Both the position numbers and the translations under genes were made by a program. The notes beneath the pieces are model-generated. The model saw only the letters and a list, made by a program, of their open reading frames with translations, was not told the DNA's origin and did no database searches. Shown here piece by piece: positions 1 through 7,995 of a DNA stretch of 64,000 nt (its first letter is position 1; each line of letters begins with the position of its first letter). Source of the DNA: Desulfatiglandales bacterium (GTDB taxonomy: Bacteria; Desulfobacterota; DSM-4660; Desulfatiglandales; HGW-15); the NCBI GenBank assembly GCA_963667015.2, contig CAXXJJ010000004.1, forward strand, positions 3,104,001 to 3,168,000. The letters run 5' to 3'.

Positions 1-691
1 CAAGCAATTGAAGCAGGATAAAAACCTTCCCACCGTTGCCTATATTGCCGGTTATGGGCTCGGACCCGATGAAATTTGCAATGTTTTAGATCAATACAAG
101 GAACTTGGGGTTAAAACCATTTTTGTTCTGCGCGGCGACCGACCCAAAGGCCCTGATTACGAACCACATCCGGACGCCTTTGAATACGCATCCGATCTCA
201 TCGCTTTTATAAAAAGCAAATACGACTTTACCCTGGGTTGTGCAGGATACCCTGAAGGCCATATTTCGGCAGAAAGCCTGGAAAAAGATATGGATTATCT
301 GAAGCTTAAGGTCGACAATGGTGCGGAATATGTGGTCTGCCAGTATTTCTACGACAATGACTACTACTTTAATTTTGTCGATAAATGCCGGGCTATAGGA
401 ATCAATGTTCCGATCATTCCGGGCATTATGCCGGTGTATACGGTAAAGATGACCCAGATGCTGTCCAAAGTCTGCGGGTCGTCTATACCTGAAGCACTTC
501 AGCAAAAACTTGATGCAGTGGACCCGGAAGATAAAGACGCTGTACTGGATCTGGGAATTGACTTTGCCGTTGAGCAATGTCGGGGATTGCTTGAAAAAGG
601 GGTTCCCGGACTTCATTTTTACACCATGGATCGGCTTAAATCCACAACGGAAATCATTGGCCGCCTGAAGTCAGAAAACCTTTTAAACTAA
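1..691 (+). CDS. metF: 5,10-methylenetetrahydrofolate reductase (5' end outside window)
   Basis: MTHFR motifs LRGDRP, AGYPEGH, KVDNGA, QYFYD, PIIPGIMP, GLHFYTM. Confidence 0.9.
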   Translation, partial: KQLKQDKNLPTVAYIAGYGLGPDEICNVLDQYKELGVKTIFVLRGDRPKGPDYEPHPDAFEYASDLIAFIKSKYDFTLGCAGYPEGHISAESLEKDMDYLKLKVDNGAEYVVCQYFYDNDYYFNFVDKCRAIGINVPIIPGIMPVYTVKMTQMLSKVCGSSIPEALQQKLDAVDPEDKDAVLDLGIDFAVEQCRGLLEKGVPGLHFYTMDRLKSTTEIIGRLKSENLLN

Positions 692-729
692 AATCCATCC
701 CGGCGAGGGATCTTTCTCTGTTGAATATA

Positions 730-767
730 AACAGAGGCATCTTTAAATGATTAAAGATGCCTCTGTT
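730..767 (+). terminator. Inverted repeat / probable terminator after metF
   Basis: AACAGAGGCATCTTTAA-atga-TTAAAGATGCCTCTGTT, perfect 17-bp stem. Confidence 0.7.
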
Positions 768-1133
768 CCTGTAAGCTCATCTCATTAAGAGTTTCCTCTC
801 CGCTATAAACCATTTTTATATTTATAAACGAAGATAATTTTTCTTTACACTTTTTTATTCGATTTTCATATACGTCTATTTTTTCATACCTTTACTCCGT
901 AATGGTATTCTGGACACAGTTGTTCATACAGCTTAAATGCACCTTCTGTATGGAAAAACAGCACGCTGTTATGTTATAAGGTTGACACTGTTTAACCTAA
1001 CATAACAATGTCCCCCTTCACAAAACAGGTTTTATAGATTTGTCTGATAGAGGTAAAAAGAGCTAAGCGGTACATTATTTTCCAATTTAACCATTTAAAA
1101 GTAAGTGCTATAGCACGAAAAGGAGGTCGAATT

Positions 1134-1664
1134 ATGAAAAGGATGAAATCAAAAATTGTTGTAGCAGGAATGATCATGGCTGTATTGTCTCTGATGGCAG
1201 TTTCGACTGCAAGTATTGCGGCTGATAATGATGTGTTGCGTGAGATTCAGGATAGGGAACAGATAAACAAACTGATGTGGAATTATGCCAGGGCACTTGA
1301 TACGGGCAATGTAGAGGCCTTTGTGGCACTGTTCACCGAGGACGGACAGTTTGGCCGCGGGGAAAACGCGGTAAAGGGGCGAAAGGCCCTGCTGGAAATG
1401 ATGGGGGCTTTCAAGAAAAGCCCTACTGCAGGTCAGGGAAATACACCCAGGACCGGTTCCATGTATCATATGACAGCCAACCACTACATAGAATTCAAGG
1501 ATAAAGATCATGCCGTCTTTAACGGATACTGGATTGCACTTGTTTCAGGAAGCGGACAGAATACACAGCCGACTATTGTAGGCATTGGCCGGGAGGTCAA
1601 TGAACTTGTGCGCGTGAATGGGGAATGGCGTATCCAGGTAAGGGATATTATGCCCAAGGATTAG
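1134..1664 (+). CDS. Secreted SnoaL-like / NTF2-family protein
   Basis: Signal peptide; DREQINKLMWNYARALD...LFTEDG...YHMTANH...VNGEWRI pattern; AGGAGG RBS. Confidence 0.8.
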   Translation: MKRMKSKIVVAGMIMAVLSLMAVSTASIAADNDVLREIQDREQINKLMWNYARALDTGNVEAFVALFTEDGQFGRGENAVKGRKALLEMMGAFKKSPTAGQGNTPRTGSMYHMTANHYIEFKDKDHAVFNGYWIALVSGSGQNTQPTIVGIGREVNELVRVNGEWRIQVRDIMPKD

Positions 1665-2005
1665 GCATAATATAGTATTATCTGCCGGTATGTTTTATTA
1701 CAATCAATGTTTTATTTTTTTAGCTGTTTAAAAATATGTAAAAAATGGGACGGAGGCAGAAGCAATTTACCGAGAATATGGTAATAGAAAGCTGTCACGG
1801 AACCTCTGTCCTGCTTTTCTGTGATATACCTGGTAAAGGATAAAAAATGGAAAAAGAAGTTATACTATTCGGATGTGGAACGTTAAGGACACTAAGGGAT
1901 GACTCAAAAATAAATTAACAGATTAAAGATGAACTATACCATAAAGCTTGAAAGCGTCTGACATGGCGATAGATATATTACATTGTAATATTAGCAGGTT
2001 AAATA

Positions 2006-2075
2006 TTGACAGGATTGAAAATAATTTGATATAGTTCCCCCTATTATCAATTTAATAGGGGGAACTATATCAAAT
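2006..2075 (+). promoter_or_regulatory. IS internal sigma70 promoter overlapped by a 23-bp hairpin covering the transposase RBS and start
   Basis: TTGACA (2006-2011), N18, TGnTATAGT (-10 at 2030-2035); perfect IR 2024-2046 / 2053-2075. Confidence 0.7.
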
Positions 2076-2847
2076 GTACGCTCAAAAACCTCGGTTAAAC
2101 GAAGCCTTGGAATTCTTTAAAAGCAATAAAATCGGAAGGTTAGACAATCTAAAACATGCACTTCATACCAATAGTACAATGACTGTTTTTCGATCACTCA
2201 AAGAGCTTAACTATCTTTCAAGTTATTCTCACAGGGGAAAGTACTACACCTTGCAGAACATTCCAAAATTTGATGAACTTGGTTTATGGTCCTTTCAATC
2301 GGTGTGGTTTTCCCAATATGGCAATCTCGTTGAAACGGCAAAAGAGTTTGTGGAAAACTCAAACGCCGGCTATACAACTCACGAACTTGAAGATATCCTT
2401 CATGTTGAAACCAAACACCCCCTTCTGAGTCTTTATAAGCAAGGACGAATCAACCGAGAGAAATTCGGGGGATACTATGTGTATCTTTCCAGTGAAGTGC
2501 ATGATAAAAAAAGGCAGATTGCAGTTCGTAAAACAGGCGCTGAAAAATTTGAGGTTGACCTCTCATATGAAATTAAACTGCTCTCTGAGGAGCTGAAAGC
2601 AGCGATAATATTGTTTTTCAGTCTATTAGATGAAAAGCAGCGACGACTGTATGCTGGTTTGGAATCCTATAAATTGGGACATGGCGGAGATAACCAAATC
2701 GCAAAATTATTGGGATTGGATGTTCATACTGTTTCCAAAGGGCGTAGAGAATTATTCAGCCAGGATATAAAAGTCGATCGTATCCGCGAGAAAGGAGCCG
2801 GCAGAAAACCTGTGGAAAAAAAATTCCGCAGGTCACCGAAAGGATAA
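2074..2847 (+). CDS. ISAzo13 transposase N-terminal ORF (extended N-domain plus HTH)
   Basis: LDEKQRRLYAGLES..LGHGG...TVSKGRREL...RIREKGAGRK resembles the ISAzo13 N-terminal region. Confidence 0.8.
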   Translation: MYAQKPRLNEALEFFKSNKIGRLDNLKHALHTNSTMTVFRSLKELNYLSSYSHRGKYYTLQNIPKFDELGLWSFQSVWFSQYGNLVETAKEFVENSNAGYTTHELEDILHVETKHPLLSLYKQGRINREKFGGYYVYLSSEVHDKKRQIAVRKTGAEKFEVDLSYEIKLLSEELKAAIILFFSLLDEKQRRLYAGLESYKLGHGGDNQIAKLLGLDVHTVSKGRRELFSQDIKVDRIREKGAGRKPVEKKFRRSPKG

Positions 2848-3785
2848 GAAAGCTTTTGAAATACGAAACAGCAGGCCATCCAATAAGCGGACTGAAGTGG
2901 ACACGAAAAACCACGGAAAAAATATCCAGTGAACTGGAGTCTATTGGAATTATTGTTTCCGCAAATACAGTATGCAGGCTTTTAAAACAAATGGGCTTTT
3001 CCTTGAAAGTGAATTGTAAAAAAATAGAATCCGGGATAAGCAATCCGCCGGACCCGAAAAAAAGAGACCAGCAATTTGGCTATATTGCCGATTTACGCGA
3101 AAAATTTACGAAACGACAACTTCCTGTTATCAGTGTTGATACCAAGAAAAAAGAGTTGATTGGGAACTTTAAAAACTGGGGAGATTCCTGGCAGGAATCT
3201 CCCATTGAAGTTAAAGATCATGACTTCCCTAGTGATGCCAAAGGGAAAGCTATTCCATACGGTATCTATGATACACAAAAAAATATCGGTACAGTTTTTC
3301 TGGGTGTTACACGGGATACGCCCTCTTTTGCTGTTGATTCCATTGAGACCTGGTGGAAGACCGAAGGGAAAGCCAATTATCCGGATGTCAAAGAGCTGCT
3401 TATACTGGCTGATTCGGGCGGTAGCAACAGCTGCCGATCACGGGTGTGGAAATATAAAATCCAAAAAAATATTTGTAACCGGTATGGATTATCCATCAGA
3501 GTCAGCCACTATCCTCCCGGTTCGTCAAAATGGAACCCTATCGAACATAGACTGTTTTCAGAGGTCAGCAAAAACTGGGCTGGACGTCCGCTTGATTCGT
3601 ATGAGACTGTGCTAAAATATATCCGTACTACAAAAACATCTACAGGCCTCAAGGTGAAAGCACATTTTGTCAGAAAAAATTATAAAACAGGAGAGAAAGT
3701 TTCTAACAAACAAATGGATCAAATAGCCATCAAAAATGGCCTATTACCTGAGTGGAATTATATTTTACATCCAACTAAAATGTGA
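2823..3785 (+). CDS. ISAzo13 transposase DDE domain, reached by a -1 frameshift at the A8 run 2816-2823
   Basis: VISVDTKKKE, LILADSGGSN, SKWNPIEHRLFS (Rhodopirellula-type DDE). Confidence 0.88.
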   Translation: MPQVTERIRKLLKYETAGHPISGLKWTRKTTEKISSELESIGIIVSANTVCRLLKQMGFSLKVNCKKIESGISNPPDPKKRDQQFGYIADLREKFTKRQLPVISVDTKKKELIGNFKNWGDSWQESPIEVKDHDFPSDAKGKAIPYGIYDTQKNIGTVFLGVTRDTPSFAVDSIETWWKTEGKANYPDVKELLILADSGGSNSCRSRVWKYKIQKNICNRYGLSIRVSHYPPGSSKWNPIEHRLFSEVSKNWAGRPLDSYETVLKYIRTTKTSTGLKVKAHFVRKNYKTGEKVSNKQMDQIAIKNGLLPEWNYILHPTKM

Positions 3786-4475
3786 TTTTATTTTTGAGTC
3801 ATCCCTAAGAGTGCATTGGGTGCTCAATGAACTATCAATTCCATATCGATCCATAGATTTTCTCCCTGATAGTGAATATGCCAATAGTAATGAATATAAA
3901 AAAATTAATTCAACCGGCAAAATACCATCATTGTATATAGATGGAAAATATCTATTTGAAAGTGCAGCAATCTGTCTTTTCCTTTCGGAGCGTTTTAACG
4001 ATAAAAACATTAGCCCTGCTTTAGGCTCAATCGAAAGAGCCAAGTTATATCAATGGTGTTTTTTTGCTATGGCAGAACTGGACGCGCATACCTTAAATAT
4101 AATAAATAAACATGGTGGTTCATTAAAAGAAAAATATGGTGAATCTGATGTTGCTGTCCGGACAGCAAAAGAAGGGTTTGAAACACAAATCACCAAAATA
4201 GAACACGAACTGAAAGATGGTCGAGAATTTATACTTGGTGATAATTTTTCTGCAGCAGATTGCCTTCTAGGTACATGTATAGAATCAGCTTTAAGACTCA
4301 TACAATATATCTCTTTGAGCGTGCCGCCGACCTGCATATCATATTGGGAGAGTTTAAAAACACGTGAAGGGTTCATCAAGGCATATAAATTAAATTACCC
4401 ATAAAAAGCGTACAAGGCAACTAAGAAAAGGGCCTGGGCGTTTCACTTTAAAACATCTTATTAGGAGGTAATTGA

Positions 4476-4679
4476 ATGAGAAAAGTATATGAGTCATTAA
4501 ATACTCTTTATATAGGAGAACCAAAAGAGATCTTTACGGAAGAAAAATATATGACAGGCGGTGTGCCGGATATAAAAAAAATCAACCCATTTACTTTAAC
4601 AATGCCAGACAATAATTTTTGGTCTGTAGGAGAAAATCTGGGTAAAGCGTGGAGCATAGGGAAAAACCTGAAAGGCTAA
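4476..4679 (+). pseudogene. C-terminal remnant of a flavin reductase / flavoredoxin
   Basis: LYIGE..IFTEEKY..G.PDIKKINPFTLTMPDNNFWSVGENLGKAWSIGK resembles the flavoredoxin C-terminus; only 67 aa remain. Confidence 0.65.
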
Positions 4680-4688
4680 AAATAAAAA

Positions 4689-4751
4689 AGATAACATCGC
4701 GCTCTACAGGGAAATGTGTTCCGACACATTCCGGTAGACTTTTCGTTGGCC
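4689..4751 (+). other. Integron attC-like recombination site
   Basis: AGATAAC ... GTTGGCC, 63 bp; inner stem TCTAC/GTAGA and AATGTGT/ACACATT with bulged bases; lies between co-directional small genes. Confidence 0.7.
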
Positions 4752-4781
4752 CTAAATAAGGGGGAATCAGCAAACTAAACA

Positions 4782-5423
4782 ATGGATACGATAAAGCAAC
4801 TCATTCAACGAGCTCAAAAAACAAAACATGGATTTTTAGACATTCAGAAGGCGGCAGACGAAGTGTTTTCCGGGCAGACAGCCAGAGAGAGCCTTCAAAT
4901 TGCCAGGCAATTGCTCAATTCTGAGATATACCAGGCACGTTCACTGGCAACTTTCATCCTTGGCCGATTAGCAGCCAAATCAAAGGAAAGCGTCACAATT
5001 TTAAAAAAACGCGTGAGTCAAGACAAAGATTGGCGCATACAAGAGATACTTGCGAAAGCCTTCGACAGATTCTGTGCGGACACCGGCTATGAAGATGCAC
5101 TTCCGATTATCGAAGAATGGTTAGCTGATTTAAACCCAAATATACGGAGAGCAGTTACGGAAGGACTGAGAATCTGGACGGGTCGTCCTTATTTTCGCGA
5201 GCATCCAGAAGTTGCTATCCGCTTATTAAGTTCACTTAAAAATGATGAAAGTGAGTACGTCAGGAGGTCAGTAGGGAACGCTTTGCGTGATATTAGCAAA
5301 AAACACAAGGATTTGATCAGAAACGAATTACATAAATGGGATACAGAAAATAAGCAAATTAACCAAACTTATAAACTTGCAAGTAAGCTTTTGCAGAAGA
5401 CAACCGGCCAACAAAAGCATTGA
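4782..5423 (+). CDS. HEAT-repeat DNA alkylation repair family protein (AlkD-like), probable gene cassette
   Basis: WRIQEILAKAFD, NIRRAVTEGLRIW, DESEYVRRSVGNALRDISK. Confidence 0.8.
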   Translation: MDTIKQLIQRAQKTKHGFLDIQKAADEVFSGQTARESLQIARQLLNSEIYQARSLATFILGRLAAKSKESVTILKKRVSQDKDWRIQEILAKAFDRFCADTGYEDALPIIEEWLADLNPNIRRAVTEGLRIWTGRPYFREHPEVAIRLLSSLKNDESEYVRRSVGNALRDISKKHKDLIRNELHKWDTENKQINQTYKLASKLLQKTTGQQKH

Positions 5424-5665
5424 GAGCTAAATGTGTTATTGCCTCGGTAATAGCAAATTTGTGCTGGGCAAAGGTTTTATCAAAAACTGACGCGTCTAAG
5501 GCTGCAACCTACCTTTATACGATTCCTGTAATGACTATAATCATTGGATTCATCTGGCTCCGGGAATACCCTTCTTTAATTTCCTGCATCGGCGGTGCGT
5601 TAATTTTAGGTGGGGTTGTCGTTGCCAATTTTAAAATAACCCAACATCATTTTAATGATGACTGA
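5420..5665 (+). pseudogene. C-terminal fragment of an EamA/DMT transporter
   Basis: ASVIANLCW...KAATYLYTIPVMTIIIGFIWLRE...GGALILGGV is the last part of a DMT; no real start or RBS. Confidence 0.75.
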
Positions 5666-5727
5666 AATATGAAATGATTTTTTAATATGTATATATCTGA
5701 ATTTTAAATATCCTCACAAGGAAGGTT

Positions 5728-6492
5728 TTACTCATCTATACCTGATGTCCGACCCATGTTCCCGCGTCGCATCCCCTGCCCTTTTCCACCCTGTTTCTTC
5801 CGCCCGAACCATGGCCTGATCTCTCTGGCTTTAAAGCCGTCTTCACCGGTTCGGGTTCCGATCATTTTTATTTCAAGACCGGGGGCAGGTGACAGCCTGC
5901 CGCGCCACGCGGCATTATTTATGTCAACATTCCATTCCTTTCCGTCCAAATCCTCAAGCAGTATGACTCCTTCTCCGGGTGCACCAATAATTATTCCGGC
6001 AAGCAAACCCTTATCCGGCGACATCCAGACCATTCGGGCATGTGCCGTTACACCGCGGTAGAATGGCAGTTTTTCTTCAAATACGGTCTCCAGGCGTTCG
6101 GATAAACCGGTTGCATATATTCCCATCCCGCCTATGACAGAAAGGACCACGCTCAAGGCAACTACTGTTGCCGCCCGGTAACGATACCCTGTCTGTGTTC
6201 TTCTAAAGTAATAATAGGCAACAATGGAAAAACCTGCCAGAAACAAGCCCCAGAAATAGGGGATAAAGAGCAGGATAAATTCAAGTATACTGTGACGGTA
6301 ATGATGAAACAGTTCCCACTCGGTATTTTTAATCTGGAAAATAGCGACACTGGCTGCGATGCTCCCCAAAATAACCGAAAATATAAAGAGCCCCCAGACC
6401 GTAGAGCGCCTTAAAAGAAAGTATCCCTTTGCCCGGGGGACAATACCCTGTTCCCTTATTTTTTCAAGTGTGTCTTTGCTGATGTCGTTCAT
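5728..6492 (-). CDS. Membrane protein (3 TM plus soluble domain), possible anti-sigma partner
   Basis: Three hydrophobic helices; starts 6 bp after the ECF sigma stop. Confidence 0.6.
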   Translation of the reverse strand: MNDISKDTLEKIREQGIVPRAKGYFLLRRSTVWGLFIFSVILGSIAASVAIFQIKNTEWELFHHYRHSILEFILLFIPYFWGLFLAGFSIVAYYYFRRTQTGYRYRAATVVALSVVLSVIGGMGIYATGLSERLETVFEEKLPFYRGVTAHARMVWMSPDKGLLAGIIIGAPGEGVILLEDLDGKEWNVDINNAAWRGRLSPAPGLEIKMIGTRTGEDGFKAREIRPWFGRKKQGGKGQGMRRGNMGRTSGIDE

Positions 6493-6498
6493 GATATT

Positions 6499-7107
6499 TT
6501 ATATACTCTCCAGTTGATACCGTTCTGCTATTTTTTTAAATTTTTCCTTTGCCCGGTTTATTAATGTTGCAATACTGCCCGGAGGTTTTCGGAGGATATC
6601 GCTTATCTCTTCATAGCTCATTTCTTCAAAATATCGCAAAACAAGCACATCCCGGTACTTTGGCGGCAATTCTCCAAGGGCTGCCCTCACGGTGTTTGCC
6701 TTTTCTCTATCCAGATATTGAGATTCGACATTCAGTGTTCCGGTCAGGAAACCGGCAATGGAACGGGTCTCCTTCTCGTCAGCATCCAGCTCGACGGAAA
6801 GACGACTCTGCCTTTTTTTCCGGTACTGGCTGATGATCTCATTATGGGCAATCCGGTATACCCATGTTGAAAATTTCAGGTTTTGATCAAACCCGTTAAG
6901 ATTGCGATATACCTTGATAAAAATTTCCTGAAGAAGGTCCTCTGCCTCCTCCCGGCTTACCCGGGTCATCCGATGGATATAGCGAAGTAAAACAGGCTCA
7001 TACCGTTTCATCAGGGTATAAAAGGCGTTTTCCTGCTGAGGTGAACTCTTAACAAGCTCCTCGTCTGTCAGCTTTTCGCAGGCGCTATGTGGCAAAGGAT
7101 GGTTCAT
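6499..7107 (-). CDS. ECF (sigma-24 type) RNA polymerase sigma factor
   Basis: AEDLLQEIFIKVY, FSTWVYRIAHN (region 2); LPPKYRDVLVLRYFEEMSYEEISDIL (region 4). Confidence 0.92.
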   Translation of the reverse strand: MNHPLPHSACEKLTDEELVKSSPQQENAFYTLMKRYEPVLLRYIHRMTRVSREEAEDLLQEIFIKVYRNLNGFDQNLKFSTWVYRIAHNEIISQYRKKRQSRLSVELDADEKETRSIAGFLTGTLNVESQYLDREKANTVRAALGELPPKYRDVLVLRYFEEMSYEEISDILRKPPGSIATLINRAKEKFKKIAERYQLESI

Positions 7108-7407
7108 TGTCTGTATCAGGTCCGGGATTTCTCTACTCTATAATTTGAGGGGTTCATTGCAAATCTGTCGATTTTAATATCCATTCGTTTGCTGAAAATA
7201 TCATGCAGGGAATGAATATTTTTTTAATTTGAATATATGGAATTCCCGGTTGGTTTTCAACAGATAATATCTGCCTGATTAAAGCATTCATAGAAAATAT
7301 ACCTCATTGATACAGGCAGTGTTTAAAAAAGGGAAATCTTTCGGATTTTATTATTCCTAAAGTCATGATATGGTGCATCTAATTAAACGAAAGAAAGGAG
7401 TCTTTTA

Positions 7408-7794
7408 ATGTTGAAAACAACCTTGAAAACATTTTGTCCGATTATTATGGGCCTGTTGCTGGCAGTCTCTATATCTGCAGGTGCGGCTGAAGATGGGAAT
7501 CTTAATGATACAGTTGAACTTAAAAACGGGGATAAGATTACCGGAACTCTTTTAAATGATACGTTAACAGTCTCAACCGCTTATTCGGTGGTCACCCTGG
7601 ACAGGGATAAGATCTCGGAAATCAGCATTACTCCTGAAGGTAAAGATCATGATGTAATTGTCCTCAAAGCAGGCGGGTTAGTGGAAGGCACCATAGATGA
7701 GCTTGACTTTTCATTCAGGCCCGTCTCAGGTGAAGACATTTCACTCGAGAAGGAACAATGCATAAAGATCACCCTGAAGTGCGGAAAAGAGTAA
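7408..7794 (+). CDS. Secreted hypothetical protein with duplicated D.V.LK.G..I.G motif
   Basis: Signal peptide; DTVELKNGDKITG and DVIVLKAGGLVEG repeats. Confidence 0.65.
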   Translation: MLKTTLKTFCPIIMGLLLAVSISAGAAEDGNLNDTVELKNGDKITGTLLNDTLTVSTAYSVVTLDRDKISEISITPEGKDHDVIVLKAGGLVEGTIDELDFSFRPVSGEDISLEKEQCIKITLKCGKE

Positions 7795-7803
7795 TTAAAA
7801 CAA

Positions 7804-7879
7804 GCTGAGGCTGGTCAGGTTAAAGGCTGTCAGGAAAAGCAAAATAAACCTGATAGCCTTTGGCCTGAAATGCCTCAGT
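7804..7879. repeat. Long imperfect inverted repeat built from AGGCTG-like units
   Basis: GCTGAGGC..TCAGG..AAAGGCTGTCAGG / CCTGATAGCCTTT..CCTGA..GCCTCAGT. Confidence 0.6.
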
Positions 7880-7916
7880 CTGCTATGGCTTCATCCTGCT
7901 TTCTCCTGAAATATCC

Positions 7917-7945
7917 TTGACATACAAAATATCCCTCAATATACT
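7917..7945 (+). promoter_or_regulatory. sigma70 promoter of OPT transporter 1
   Basis: TTGACA-N17-TATACT. Confidence 0.7.
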
Positions 7946-7995
7946 CAGGCACTTAACAGTCTATACATATAGACTGTTCATTCATTACCAACCAA

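Larger units (their letters stand above)
1896..3805 (+). mobile_element. ISAzo13-family insertion sequence, 1910 bp
   Basis: TIRs GGGATGACTCAAAAATAAA / TTTATTTTTGAGTCATCCC; TAA duplicated at 1893-1895 and 3806-3808; DDE transposase inside. Confidence 0.92.
1847..4404 (+). pseudogene. Glutathione S-transferase family gene interrupted by an IS (5' piece 1847-1895, 3' piece 3809-4404)
   Basis: Removing the IS and one TAA copy restores MEKEVILFGCGTLRTLRVHWVLNEL..., with GST motifs GKIPSL, FESAAI and FSAADC. Confidence 0.85.

Noticed and set aside
3736..3808. ORF-track start of the GST gene
   Set aside because: Lies inside the IS right end; the real start is 1847
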